DNA of 63,162 nt, filler included, from Reclinomonas americana ATCC 50394 (Eukaryota), in assembly GCA_048213135.1 (NCBI GenBank). It is 4 parts of 2 records of this genome, joined end to end, with 100 filler letters (N's around TTAATTAATTAA, not from the genome) between each part and the next. Parts side by side here need not be neighbours in the genome. Positions count along the whole stretch, not along the records: positions 33,791 to 58,489 come from PS015167.1; 3 more parts are not named here. One strand, written 5' to 3'. The notes under the pieces were generated by a model. It made no database searches. It saw nothing but the letters and a program-made list of their open reading frames with translations, and had not been told where the DNA came from. Each line of letters begins with the position of its first letter. Position 1 is the stretch's first letter. Position numbers and translations under genes: made by a program. Positions 38,495 to 50,280 of this stretch are shown here, in pieces.

Positions 38495-39178
38495 AAAAGT
38501 GTCTGTGTGAATGAGTATAGTGAATGAGTGTTTGTGTGAGAGACAGTGAGAGCGTGTGTGCTTGAACACAAGACAGTGATCCTTATCAAAGGAGAGCAAC
38601 ACAGTGTTCCCTTCTCCCTTCTCTCTTCAATCTCTCTCTCTCATATCATGTCCGATTACTCACCATCATCCTCCTCGCCCGCATCCTCGTCCTCGTCTTC
38701 CTCCTCTTCCTCCTCGTCCTCGTGACCGCCGTCGCTCACGTCCTCCTCGAACTCATCCTCGTAGTGATCTATAAGAGAGAGAGTGAGGAGATAAAGAGAG
38801 AGGAGTGTGTGAGTGAGTGAGTGTGTGTGAGAGTGAGTGTGTGTGTGAGAGAGTGTGTGAGTGAGTGAATGAGGAGTGAGAGAGAGAGTGTGTGTGTGAG
38901 AGAGAGAGTGTGTGTGTCTGAGAGAGAGACAGAGAGGGAAACAAAAAGATGCGTGAGAGAGTGTGAAAGAGTGTGTGAAAGTGCGTGTGTGAACGAGAGT
39001 GCGTGTGTGTGTGTTAAAGAGTGAGAGTGAGAGTATGCGTGTTGTTGACACACGCAAGCAAGCAACGAATTTCCTACAAGTCAACGACAAAAAAGCAATC
39101 ACTCTTGCCTGTTTCTATCTTTCTCTGTCTCTTTTATGTGTGTGTGAGTATAAAGGGCAAACCTTCGCGGCCGGCCAT
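33791..39178 (-). CDS. Protein with acidic N-terminus, ubiquitin-like domain and lebercilin-like coiled coil (3' end in gap)
   Basis: ATG 39178 MAGRE|DHYEDEFEEDVSD...; UBL-like IRVSIKHDKG...VRTMVAQSLGLAK|NFVLSRD...NVRSLQLRDGDVLWAL; coiled coil ELENTLMERDTKMKELRTEIRAMKN|VQREQTKALE...LQERNRKM. All junctions are phase-compatible. Confidence 0.7.
34130..34600. repeat. Diverged intronic tandem repeat
   Basis: Recurring gctccgaaata and cacacactccctctcaaacagtca blocks. Confidence 0.7.
36480..37050. repeat. Diverged intronic tandem repeat (~190 bp spacing)
   Basis: gtgtaccgccgcttgtcagcttgtcac at ~36586 and ~36777; repeated (a/g)gtccacagaa. Confidence 0.75.
37621..38492. repeat. Long (GT)n microsatellite flanking a gap, with sequencing-noise tails
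   Basis: (GT)n at 37621-37704 and 38404-38492; degenerate GTA/GTAC/GTC runs toward the Ns. Confidence 0.85.
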
Positions 39179-39659
39179 GTCTGTTCAGAGTGCCTCTTTT
39201 TCTTTTGTTGTGTGTCTCACGCTCACTCTGTCTCTCTCTCACACACACACGCGCGCCACTAACAAACGATGATAACGACAATGCTCGGTTGGTCCGACCG
39301 GACGGTGGATTGCGCGTGAATCACGCATTTTATTGTGATTACGTCACGCATGCGTTGTGTCATTGTGAGGAACAACGAGATGAGCCTCGCATAATGGTTT
39401 GCATGCATGCATGTACAGAGTCACGCAATCAGTTTCTCTCTCAAGCTGAATTTTCTCTCTGTCTTTGTGTGTCGCTCTCTTTCTCATGCACACACACTCT
39501 TTCTTTCTCCTCTGCACACTCACACTCGCCACTCATCGCTCTCTCGGCTGCACATCTCGCGTCCGCTGTCGCTTTCCCGCCATTTCTCTCACCTCTCTGT
39601 TGCTGCATGTAGCACTGTCTCTCGCGCGGGAAGTCAGAAAGAAACGGTGGAAGCGAGTT

Positions 39660-39732
39660 TCTTCTTCTTCTTCTTCTTCTTCTTCTTCTTCTTCTTCTTC
39701 TTCTTCTTCTTCTTCTTCTTCTTCTCCTCCTC

Positions 39733-39787
<55 letters not shown>
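39660..39787 (+). repeat. Compound (CTT)n(CT)n microsatellite
   Basis: Directly visible. Confidence 0.95.
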
Positions 39788-40689
39788 NNNNNNNNNNNNN
39801 NNNNNNNNNNNNNNNNNNNNNNNNNNNNNNNNNNNNNNNNNNNNNNNNNNNNNNNNNNNNNNNNNNNNNNNNNNNNNNNNNNNNNNNNNNNNNNNNNNNN
39901 NNNNNNNNNNNNNNNNNNNNNNNNNNNNNNNNNNNNNNNNNNNNNNNNNNNNNNNNNNNNNNNNNNNNNNNNNNNNNNNNNNNNNNNNNNNNNNNNNNNN
40001 NNNNNNNNNNNNNNNNNNNNNNNNNNNNNNNNNNNNNNNNNNNNNNNNNNNNNNNNNNNNNNNNNNNNNNNNNNNNNNNNNNNNNNNNNNNNNNNNNNNN
40101 NACCTTGACTCTCCCTCTCCTCTTTCTTTCTCTCTCCTTGTCTTCCCTTCCCCTTCTCCTTTTCTCCTTTCCCCCCATCGCACATGCCTTGCTGAACACC
40201 CTCTCGAGGCGTGCGTAGATCAAACAAACACACACATTGGGGGACCTCACCCCTCTCTCCGTGTGTGTCTTGTCGCTTCCCCCGCTGCCACTCTCGGCCA
40301 CAGACGCGCATTGCACGCGCACTTCATTGCACACCGGTGCTTGTCTGTTTTTGTTTTCCTCTCTCGAGTGATCAGCGCGGTGCTTGCACAGTGTGCCGTG
40401 ATCTGATCCTCGCAAAGCGCCGAGTCGTTGTGTGCTTTATCCGCGCGTTTGTGTATTGTTGGGAGGGTGAGCGGGGCGACGAGTTGTTAAGGGACGGCCA
40501 CGGGCTTGTTGGCAGAGCACAGTGATCTGCAAGTCGTATATCCGATCCCACATTTTCCTCTTTTCCTTTCTTTCTTTCTTTCTGTCACCACCGCTGTCGC
40601 TGTCGGCTGCTTTGTTGTGTGTGCTGACTCGACGGCGTGGTGCAGTGATTGTGGAAACTCGATCGCACTTGGAACTGGGGGCTTGATAG

Positions 40690-41600
40690 ATGTGGACGCT
40701 CCACTGTGCCACCGAGGTCGCCACGCTCAGATCTGTGTGGACGCTCGGTGATGCGCCAACACGGCGGTCGTCACGAACGTGCGTCATTGGTGCCTCCCTT
40801 TGTGTGGACGCTCTCGAATGCGCCAATACGAAGCGGTGGTCACCTGCGTGCGTGGATCGACCAAGCGTGACTGGCGCTGAACTCAATCCAGTGCATCAAC
40901 ACGCTGCGGTCACGTATGCCAGGCCGGCACTCGATCTGTGTGGACAACCAACACGGTGATCTCCTTCGGCCATTCGTGACCAGCACCTCGATCTATGTGG
41001 GCTCTATCCAGTGCATCAATGCGCAGCGGATGCCAGCGCCACTCGACCCTGTGTGAACGCTCGCCTGCGTGCCAACACGGCGGGCATCTGCGTGCGTGGA
41101 TTGAGTACTTGTGATCAGCGGTCGATCAGTGCGGGTGCTATCCAGTGGATCAGCACGCAGCAATGACGTATGCCAGGCCGCCACTCGACCTGTGTGGACG
41201 CTCGCCTGCGTGCCAACACGGCGGGCATCTGCGTTCATGCATCGAGCATTCCAGTTCCGCGCCTCCCTGCGAATTCCAGTGGATCAGCACGCAGCGGTCA
41301 CGTATGCCAGGCCGCCACTCGACCCTGTGTGAACGCTCGCCTGCGTGCCAACACGATGGTCACCTTGGTGCATGCATCGAGCATTCCAGTTCAGCGCCTC
41401 CTGCGAATTCCAGTGCGCCAACACGTAGTGGCGGTCTCGCATACCAGGTCACAGCTCGATCTATGCGGGCGTTCTCCATTGCGCTCCAACACGATCACCA
41501 GCGTCCTTCAATCACGGAATGCTAGGCCGGTGCTTGCCCCGTGTGGACAGTCTCCTGCTCGCCTTCACAGTGGTCACTTTGGTGCGTGTGTGCCGAATGT
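40690..41600. repeat. Diverged minisatellite (~135 bp best unit) upstream of the kinesin coding start, possibly intronic
   Basis: ccagtggatcagcacgcagc...tatgccaggccgccactcgacc...tgtg(g/a)acgctcgcctgcgtgccaacacg at ~41142 and ~41276, partial copies at ~40730, ~40888 and ~41008. Confidence 0.8.
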
Positions 41601-41826
41601 CTAATTCCGTCCTTTGTGCGCCGTAGTGTGTTGAAGTCCGTCTGTGGCACGCAGGCGTCGACTGCGGTCAACTCGTTGCCCCACCCAACGTCTCAGTGCT
41701 TGTGTTTTGCGACAAAGTGAACAAATCAGACATGACTTTTCACGCATCTGTGTTGACGACCAAACCCCACATCCCCGCACTGCTTCTCATGTCGCAGAAA
41801 CTTGAAGTCGAGAAAGAAAGAGGGGA

Positions 41827-42070
41827 TGAAAAAAGACGACCAATCCGCCAATTTTTGCAACGACGAGCGAGCAACACACTCTGAAAACACGGGCATGCAG
41901 TCAGAGGGAGAACAGACTGCGGTCTCCGCAGCTACCTCTGATGAGCAACCTCCACCACCACCACCACCTCCACCAGCAGCTCCACCAGCAGCAGCAGAGG
42001 CTCCTCCAGAGAGCACAGTGGAAGAGGAGTTGCCTCCACCACCATTGCCGAGTGATCCAGGTCAGTGAGC

Positions 42071-42102
<32 letters not shown>

Positions 42103-45100
42103 TGTGTGTGTGTGTAGTGTGTGAGAGAAGTGTCGTANNNNNNNNNNNNNNNNNNNNNNNNNNNNNNNNNNNNNNNNNNNNNNNNNNNNNNNNNNNNNNN
42201 NNNNNNNNNNNNNNNNNNNNNNNNNNNNNNNNNNNNNNNNNNNNNNNNNNNNNNNNNNNNNNNNNNNNNNNNNNNNNNNNNNNNNNNNNNNNNNNNNNNN
42301 NNNNNNNNNNNNNNNNNNNNNNNNNNNNNNNNNNNNNNNNNNNNNNNNNNNNNNNNNNNNNNNNNNNNNNNNNNNNNNNNNNNNNNNNNNNNNNNNNNNN
42401 NNNNNNNNNNNNNNNNNNNNNNNNNNNNNNNNNNNNNNNNNNNNNNNNNNNNNNNNNNNNNNNNNNNNNNNNNNNNNNNNNNNNNNNNNNNNNNNNNNNN
42501 NNNNNNNNNNNNNNNNNNNNNNNNNNNNNNNNNNNNNNNNNNNNNNNNNNNNNNNNNNNNNNNNNNNNNNNNNNNNNNNNNNNNNNNNNNNNNNNNNNNN
42601 NNNNNNNNNNNNNNNNNNNNNNNNNNNNNNNNNNNNNNNNNNNNNNNNNNNNNNNNNNNNNNTTCTCTCTGGCCTCTGCTCCTCTTTCCAGCGATCATGT
42701 ACTCTGCTTTGTTGCTCTTTCTCTCTTTCTTGGCCTCCTTGGATGCTCATTTCCTCTCCTTCTTCAATCGCGTGGTCTGTTTCTTCGTTCCTCATTGTTT
42801 CGACCCGCCCATCACTCTCTCGCTTGGCCTCCTTCCATACCCACTCCTTCTGCTCTTCTACTTCTCTACTTTTTCGATCGTCTGCTCTTCTTCCTTGCTT
42901 CACGTCACAGTTTGAATCATCCACTCTCTTTGCCTTGCCCATCGCCCGTTCCCTCAGCCTCGTACCAACTGCTCCTCATCTTTCAACGTTCTCCATCGCC
43001 TGTATCAACCGGTCCTTCCTTTCTCAATCTCGGTTTCTCCATTTACCTTTATAATTAAACTCCTTGATACTCCTCTGCCTTCGATCTTGTTCTCTGCGTA
43101 TTCCTCCCCTTTCCTGTCTCCTTTTCCTTCTCCCGCCACTCATCTCCCTTTTCCCTCCCCCCGCAGTGTGCAACCGAGTGCTGGAGCGTCAGCAGGCGCA
43201 CAAGACAAGGTGTTTACGTTTCACGACGTGTTGCCTCCGGAGAGCAGTCAGGCGCAGGTTTTCGAGCGCGTGCGGCATGTGGTCGATCGCGTCATGGATG
43301 GCTTCAATGGCACCATCTTTGCCTATGGACAGACGGTTTGTGTCTTCTTGGAATCCACAGTCTCCATCTCAGCACCGCTCTTCTTCTGGCCCACCAAACA
43401 GACCTCCTTCTATCGCTGCTCTTTCTCCATCCTCTCCTCTCTTTCTCTTTCCTTTCCTGTCTGCTTCCCCTGTCTCACCCTTCCCGTCACCTTCCAGGGC
43501 TCGGGCAAGACATACACAATGGAGGGCTACCAGTACAGCGTCTCTGAGGAACGCGTGCAGGCAGAGATTGATGTGCGTATTGCTCATCGCTCGACATGAC
43601 ACGCGCATCCTCGCTTAATTGGTGCTGCGTGCAGGGTGGTGACCCGGAGAGCTGGGGTGTGATGCCTCGCAGCATTGAGTATCTATTTCGTCAGATCGCC
43701 AGCGCACCCGCACACCTCAAGTTTACTGTGCGATGCTCGTTGCGTGGCGAGAGGGAAAGACCGCTCTTGCTGAGAATAATAGACCTGACGGAGCTGCTGC
43801 GCAGCTTTATTCAAATCTACAACGAACGTGTATACGATCTGCTGAATCCCGGCAGCTTCCAATTGCATCAACGGTTGCAGAGTTGCGTTGTGATGGCGTG
43901 AGCACGTGCGTAGTGTATCCACGTGCTGACCGTGGTGGACGACAGAGGGGCAGCAGCTTCCACCCGGCCTGCGCGTACGATGGACCAAGAGACGCGGCTT
44001 CTACGTGGAGAACATGTACTCATTCGACTGCGATACGCACGAGGAAGTCAAGTTGCGTGATTCTCCCTCTCTCCGTCTCCCTCCCTGTCCCTTCTTCTCA
44101 CTCCCTTTCCCCTTCTCACCCCCTCAGGCGCCTCTTCGACTCGGGCGTCTCCAACAAAGTCATGGGCACGCATCGCCTCAATCTCAATTCAAGTCGCGCC
44201 CACTCCATCTTCACGGTTCATCTCGAATGCCACGACACCTCCTCCGACCGCACCTCCAAGAGTTGCGCTCTTCCGCGCATTCTCTGTCTCCCACACATTG
44301 CTCACCGACACATCGCGCAGGCAAGCTGAGCTTGGTCGATCTCGCCGGTTCCGAACGCATCCAGCAGCTCGCCGACAATCCCTCGTCGCAGCTGGTGCGC
44401 GAGAGCATCGAGATCAACCGATCGCTGTTCACACTGGGCAAGGTGCGCGATACTGCTTGCCAACTCCATTTTTCCCAACTCGTCTCATGATTCGTTTTCA
44501 TTCCTTCCCCCTTCTCCATTCCCCCCTTTTCGCTCCCCTGTTCCTTCTCCTTCCCTTCCCCACAGGTCATCTCCGCCCTCTCCACCGCCAAATCATCGAC
44601 GCACATCCCGTACCGCGACTCCAAGCTGACCCAACTGCTAAAGGACTCACTCGGCGGCAACTCATACACCGTCATGATCGCCTGCATCACTCNNNNNNNN
44701 NNNNNNNNNNNNAGAGAGAGAGAGAGAGAGCCTGCCATTTCTCAAGCGAGAGAGTCGCTGACGCCCCTCGTTGCAGAACAAGCGACTGAAGGAGGAGATT
44801 CAGTACTTGCGGCAGCTCAGCTCCATTACTGGCCCGAGGGGCGCTGGTGACGGAGCCGGTGCATCGTCCAGTTGCGGCAATCTCTGGCAGTGCATTGCAC
44901 ACTCATGTCTACGTGCTGACTGCTTTTGTTTCGAGCAGAGTCTGTGCTCGGTGACCTGTCGACTGCGGACCTGGAGGATGTCACCAACCGCTTGGTCGAG
45001 TCGGTGCAAGTGATCAAGGTGCGCCTTCTTTTGCACGCACTTGCCTGCCTCTCGTCTCCCTCACCACCGTGCAGGGCATCTTTGAGGTACACAAGACCCT

Positions 45101-48013
45101 CCACGAATCGTTCGACACCATCACCGGCGAGAACGCGCAGCTGCAGCGCTCTGTCGACGATCTCATGGCGGAAAACTACTCGCTCCGTGAGCGGCTCGAC
45201 ATTCTCGAGAGCGTACTCATGCAGCCCGATTACGACAGTGGCAGCGCAGGGCGGTCAGCAGATGCATCGGCCCCCTCCGCTGTCAGCGCCGAGACCACGT
45301 CGGCGACGGCTGCGGCCGGTGGCGACGAATCATATGTCGATCCCACCACTGTCGAGCACGACAAGAAGATTGCCGCGTTTCTGCAATATGTTGCGTCTCT
45401 CGTGTCTCCAATCGTCCCCTGTTGTTCCGCTGCTTCTGTTTCCGCACTCTCCCTGTTGCCATCTTGCGCGCTCTTCCGCACATCGTACCACGTCATTTTC
45501 TTCTCCTTTTTCTTCTTCTTCTTCTTCTTCTTCTCTCTCCATCCACTGTTTCCCGTCTCCATTCCGTCTCCTTACTTCGCTTATCTATATCCCACTAAGT
45601 TCTGGCATGCACTATCTTCCATCCTCGATGTTTCATCCACCTTTGCTCTTCCGCATCTATTTGCCTCTGTTCCCGCGTTCGTTCCTTTCTCCCTTCGTTC
45701 ACGTCTCCTCCTTCCGCTCCTTTCTTCACCACTTCTTCGTTACTCAATGCCCATTGACGCTCCACATCCTTCGCCTCCGTTTTCTCACTCTTTTTTCTCT
45801 CCACGTCTTTCGTGAATTCACATCTCCACCTTCCAGCTCTTCTTCCTTCCGCCTCGCTTTTCTCCATCCCACTTCTTCCTGCCACCCTTGATCTTGCTTT
45901 GCAATTTCTCTCCACCGCCCGCTCCATTACTTTCCTCCCTCATGTCTTCGTTTCCCGACATCTCGCTACGCTGGACCTTTGCCCTCCGTCGCCCTCCATC
46001 TCTTCCCTCTCTGCTTCCTTCCATCCATCTTTATCACACCTCCTGTCCTTTCCCATCTTCCCCTCCCTTACCTATCTCTTCTTCTCCCTTCTTACCCTCA
46101 CTTTACCCTCCCCCTTCCCCTCCCCCCGCAGTGGCGCGAGCAATACCTCCAAGACCTACAATCCCACCTGGAGGCCATCAACGGCTCACCCTCAGCCACA
46201 CCAGTGCAAGCACCCTCCACCGACGCCCTGCACGCGGCACTGAATCGCCACGTGCGCGAATTTCTGGGTGATGCCACGAAGCGCAGCATCATGCAGCGGG
46301 AGGTTGGCACGCAGACAGCCGGTTCGTCTCCTCGCCAGTCACTTAAAAATGCTCTCCATTAACCGCCATTGTCTCTCTCAGACGACGCCTCGCCGAATCT
46401 CGTGTACATGCAAGTCGGTGCGCAGCTCACGTCGCCCAACGCCTCCACCACCTCGGCGTTCCAGTACCTCGAGCAGCGCCTCCCTGCTGGTCCACCTCCG
46501 GCGGCCGCCGCTGCGGCGTCCAGCGAGGGTACCACCGACGACGACGACAGTCAGCGCGTGGGCACGGCAGAGCCGGCGGGCCAGCGGCAGGCACTGCGAC
46601 GTGACAATCTGCGACCGTCGCGCGATCACGTGCAACGCCTGCATCGATCGCGCTCCACGTCGCCCGCCGCCGACAAGGTACTGGCCGAGTTGCAGTCGCC
46701 CAAAACGGGCGCCGAGGTGGCGGCCACAAACTCGCCTCGCAAGTCGCCGCCGCGGAAACCTAAGACCCCGCAGCGCTCGCGACCACCCTCGCGACCGTCG
46801 TCGCCGGCCAAGCGTGGTGCGGCGGCCGCGGCGGCCGCCCTCACATCGGTGATTGAGAGTGTGCCGAGTCGCACCCCTTCGCGACCGTCATCACCTCCGC
46901 CGGCTCCCAAGCCACCACCAGCCTCGTCGCGCAGCAGTGGCGTCAAGTCGCCACTCCGCGCCAAGTCACCGAAGGTTTCGTCGAAAAAGACGGCCGCCAC
47001 CGCCGCCGCGGACAGCGCAGCGCAGTCGTCGCCGTCATTACCACCGGCACCGCCACCTCCACAGCCGCCTGCATCGGATCCACCACCGGCTGGCTCGCCA
47101 AAGGCGAAACGCACGGCGCGCCTCAAGTCACCAGCGTCGGAGCAGCAGCAGCAGCAGCCACCGGCGTCACCGAATCGGTCGCGACCGACGACACCCGGCG
47201 CGCGCCACAAGAAAAAGGCAGTCGAGTCTCCGCAGGCGCTAGAACAACTTCAGCAGCAGCAGCAACAGCAGTCTCCGGCATCGCCGAGTCAATCGAGGCC
47301 ATCGACTCCCGGTGGTGGTGGTGGCGGCGGTGGTGGCGGCGGCACTCGCCCCAAGAAGAAGAAAAAGCTGGTGGATTCATCGCGCCCGCACACACCGACG
47401 ACCGCCTCCGCAGGCGTGAGTAAGAGCGCGGGTGTGCCAGAACATGGAGCCGTCGTCGTGGAGAAGGAAGAGGAGGTCGGCGACAATGCGACGGACTCCC
47501 CTGGTCGGAAGCGAGCAAGCAAGGCGAAGAAGAGCAAGAAACGAGCGGAGGCGAGTGACGAGACGACTGCAAAGAGCAGTGCTGTGCCGCACCTGTTGGT
47601 TCCGCCACTGGATCTGGGCGCCACGTCGCCGTCCAGTGCATCGTCCGCGTCGCGCTCACCATCGTCGTTTGTGGAGGGTGCCGCGCCTGCGGGTGCGGAC
47701 AGTGACACGCGCGCCTCATCACTGAGTCCGCGCCATACTCGCCGGAGCCCGTCCCAGTCACCGCGATCGTCGCTGTCGCGCGATTCCATCTTGGCACCGC
47801 TGCATCGCTCGCCCGTGGAACCCGTCACGGATGCAACACACTTCAAGAAACAACGACGGCGATCACCGTCGAAGCAGCGGCCGTCGACCGCCAACGCAGC
47901 AGCGGCGGAGGTCAGTCACATGCTCGAGCAGCACCGACGACAGGAGCAGGAGGCGAAGCGGCAGCTGGCACTGGCCACGGCGCTGGCTCGCCGGCGCAGG
48001 AAACAAGTGCGAG

Positions 48014-48044
<31 letters not shown>

Positions 48045-50230
48045 TCACGGTTCTTCGCCACGATCCAAGCAGCGCGGCGGTGGCAAGCATCATGGGACGA
48101 CCTCGCCCCGTCACGGCGCTGGTGGCGACGCGGCCTCGGAACTCATGGGCATTTTGAACACGTCGGGCATTGCCGGCCTGCTGGCACTCGTGTCGCAGGC
48201 GGCTGTCCTTGACGACGGACGACCACAGTCCGCGGTTGGCGCGAGGACCTTGCACAATGGCAGTGGAAACGGCAGCATGTCGGCCCGCCCGCACACTGCC
48301 AACTCCGCCATCAGTGGCATCGATCTTGGCACCACGCCCGGCCTCAAGTCACCGCGCGGAATGCTACAGGCACAGGGCAGGCCCTCACATACGACACCCA
48401 CCGCTCCACCACCGCCACCATCATCGTCGTCGGTCCGGCCGCGACGACCGAGTCACAGCAGCCAGACGCAAGCCAATGTGCCTTCATTACGGCTTCCTGT
48501 CATCAGCACCGGCCAGCAGCAGCGTGTGGACATGCCTGGTGGTGCCGACGAGGACACAGCAATGTTGCAGCAGTTGTTGAACGAGCAACTGAGCCACCAG
48601 CGAAATCTGCAGGAGCGGATGACCGAGCGCGCACGCGCCTCCCTGCGCTCACACAGTCCGCATTCGCGCTCGTCGCGCAGCGGCGACGATTCCAGTCAGG
48701 AACCTCCTGCCGCTGTCGTTGCCGCTCCTGTGGCCAGTCCCCGCCAAAATCGGCCTCAGCGCAGTCTGTCGGCCCGACCACGCCGCCACACCATCAACAG
48801 TGCCGACCGCAGCTCACCGAGCCTCAGCGAGCGACCGCTGGTGGAGACCAGTGCCCTGCTCTCGCCGCCGCTTGAGACGCAGGGGTTGGACGATGAGCGC
48901 CTGCTGTCGGTTCCGCGCGGTCCCACACTGGCTCCCGCTTCCGCTCATCGAGTAGTGAGTTGCTTCTCACTTACCGTCACACAATCGAAGTGGAGAGTGA
49001 CAAGAACGATGCTATGTGCACAGATTGCGGAAGCGATATCTCGGCGCATCAACGACCGGCCGAGCTCGACGCCGTCGCCCACCAGACCAAAACTACCATC
49101 GCCACCGCCGCCACCGTCGCACAGTGCGTCTGCTCCGATTTCTTCGTCACGCTCCTCTGTTTTGGTGCTTATCTTCGTTTGCAGAAGCCACCGCTGCCGA
49201 GGGTCCACTGCCGAGCGACTCGCCACTCCGAGCCTTCCGCAAGGCCGTGTCGCCGAGCGCTATCATGCGCACGGGAAGCACATCGCCGTCCAGCAACCGT
49301 ACTCCGTCGCCCGTCACCAATGAGCTGATGATGGTGCTCGGCAGTCGGAGAACGTCCGGTTCGCACTCTGGGTCCGTGTCGGCTCGCAGCATGAGCCCCG
49401 TCGATGGTTTGTGAGCACGCAGTTTGTTTCTCTGTCCCACGCACACACGTATAGGCTTCGTCTCACTCACCTCTTGTGCAGCTCTCGGTCGGCAGCGCAA
49501 TCCAATGTTGCCACGACGGACCGACGCGCAATGGCAGCCACCGTCGTTGGCCATGAGCGATCAGGCGCGCCGCAAAATGTTCCGCAAGCAAATGCCGCAG
49601 TACATGACGGACGCTGTGCAGCCAGCGCCGCCTCCGCCACCACCAGCCCCACCATACCTGTCACGACAGAATCGCGGAGCCGGTGCGGCGCAGTCGTCAC
49701 CGTCGGTCATGAATCGTCCCAACGGACCGGCATCGCACAAACCGCACTACACGCACACCCGCCAGCTGGCGCGACCCAGTTCGTCGGCCGCCATCACTCG
49801 CGGAGGAAACGGTGCCGGTGGCGGCGGCATCGGCAACGGCACGGATCTGGTGGCTCTCGAGGGTTTCATTCGCGGTCTGGGCGCACAAGTGGGCGGCGGC
49901 GGCGCTCCACCAAGTGGATCCCGTCGTTCAGCTGCTGTTGGTGGTGGTGGTGGTTCGGCTGCTACCGCCTCCGCGTTTGCCAGTGCCTCGCCGTACAACA
50001 AGGCGTCGGCTCGCGGTCGCTCGCGCCCCGAGACACCCGTGTACGACGTCAACGCCAATCCGATGCTGGCCGTGCTGCAGCAACTGGCGAGCCGCGGAGG
50101 CGGTGATGGTTTTGGTGGTGGTGGCGCTTCGGCCGCGGCCATGAGCAGCACCGAGGATCTGCTGGAGCTGCTGAATGAGCGTGCAGCCATGCGCAATGCG
50201 CAAAACCTGCAACAATCGCTGCCGCCATAA
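41827..50230 (+). CDS. Kinesin, KIF12/kinesin-16-like N-terminal motor with coiled coil and very long disordered tail
   Basis: Spliced motifs [78 protein letters not shown] resembles the KIF12 VRWxKxRGFYVE signature. Ends TAA 50228-50230. Start codon uncertain; the motor C-terminus falls in gap 44693-44712. Confidence 0.9.
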
Positions 50231-50280
50231 TTGTAGTGTAATATAGTCATCGCTGTTTTGTTTAACTCTCGTTCATTCAA

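Noticed and set aside
40690-41600. CRISPR-like array
   Set aside because: Repeats are degenerate and shuffled with no unique constant-length spacers, there are no cas genes, and the context is eukaryotic.
43739-44267. Reading GTTGCG donors as TT-starting introns (G|TTGCG)
   Set aside because: Keeping the kinesin frame would also require shifting each acceptor off its AG; GT-AG with shifted recognition is more parsimonious.
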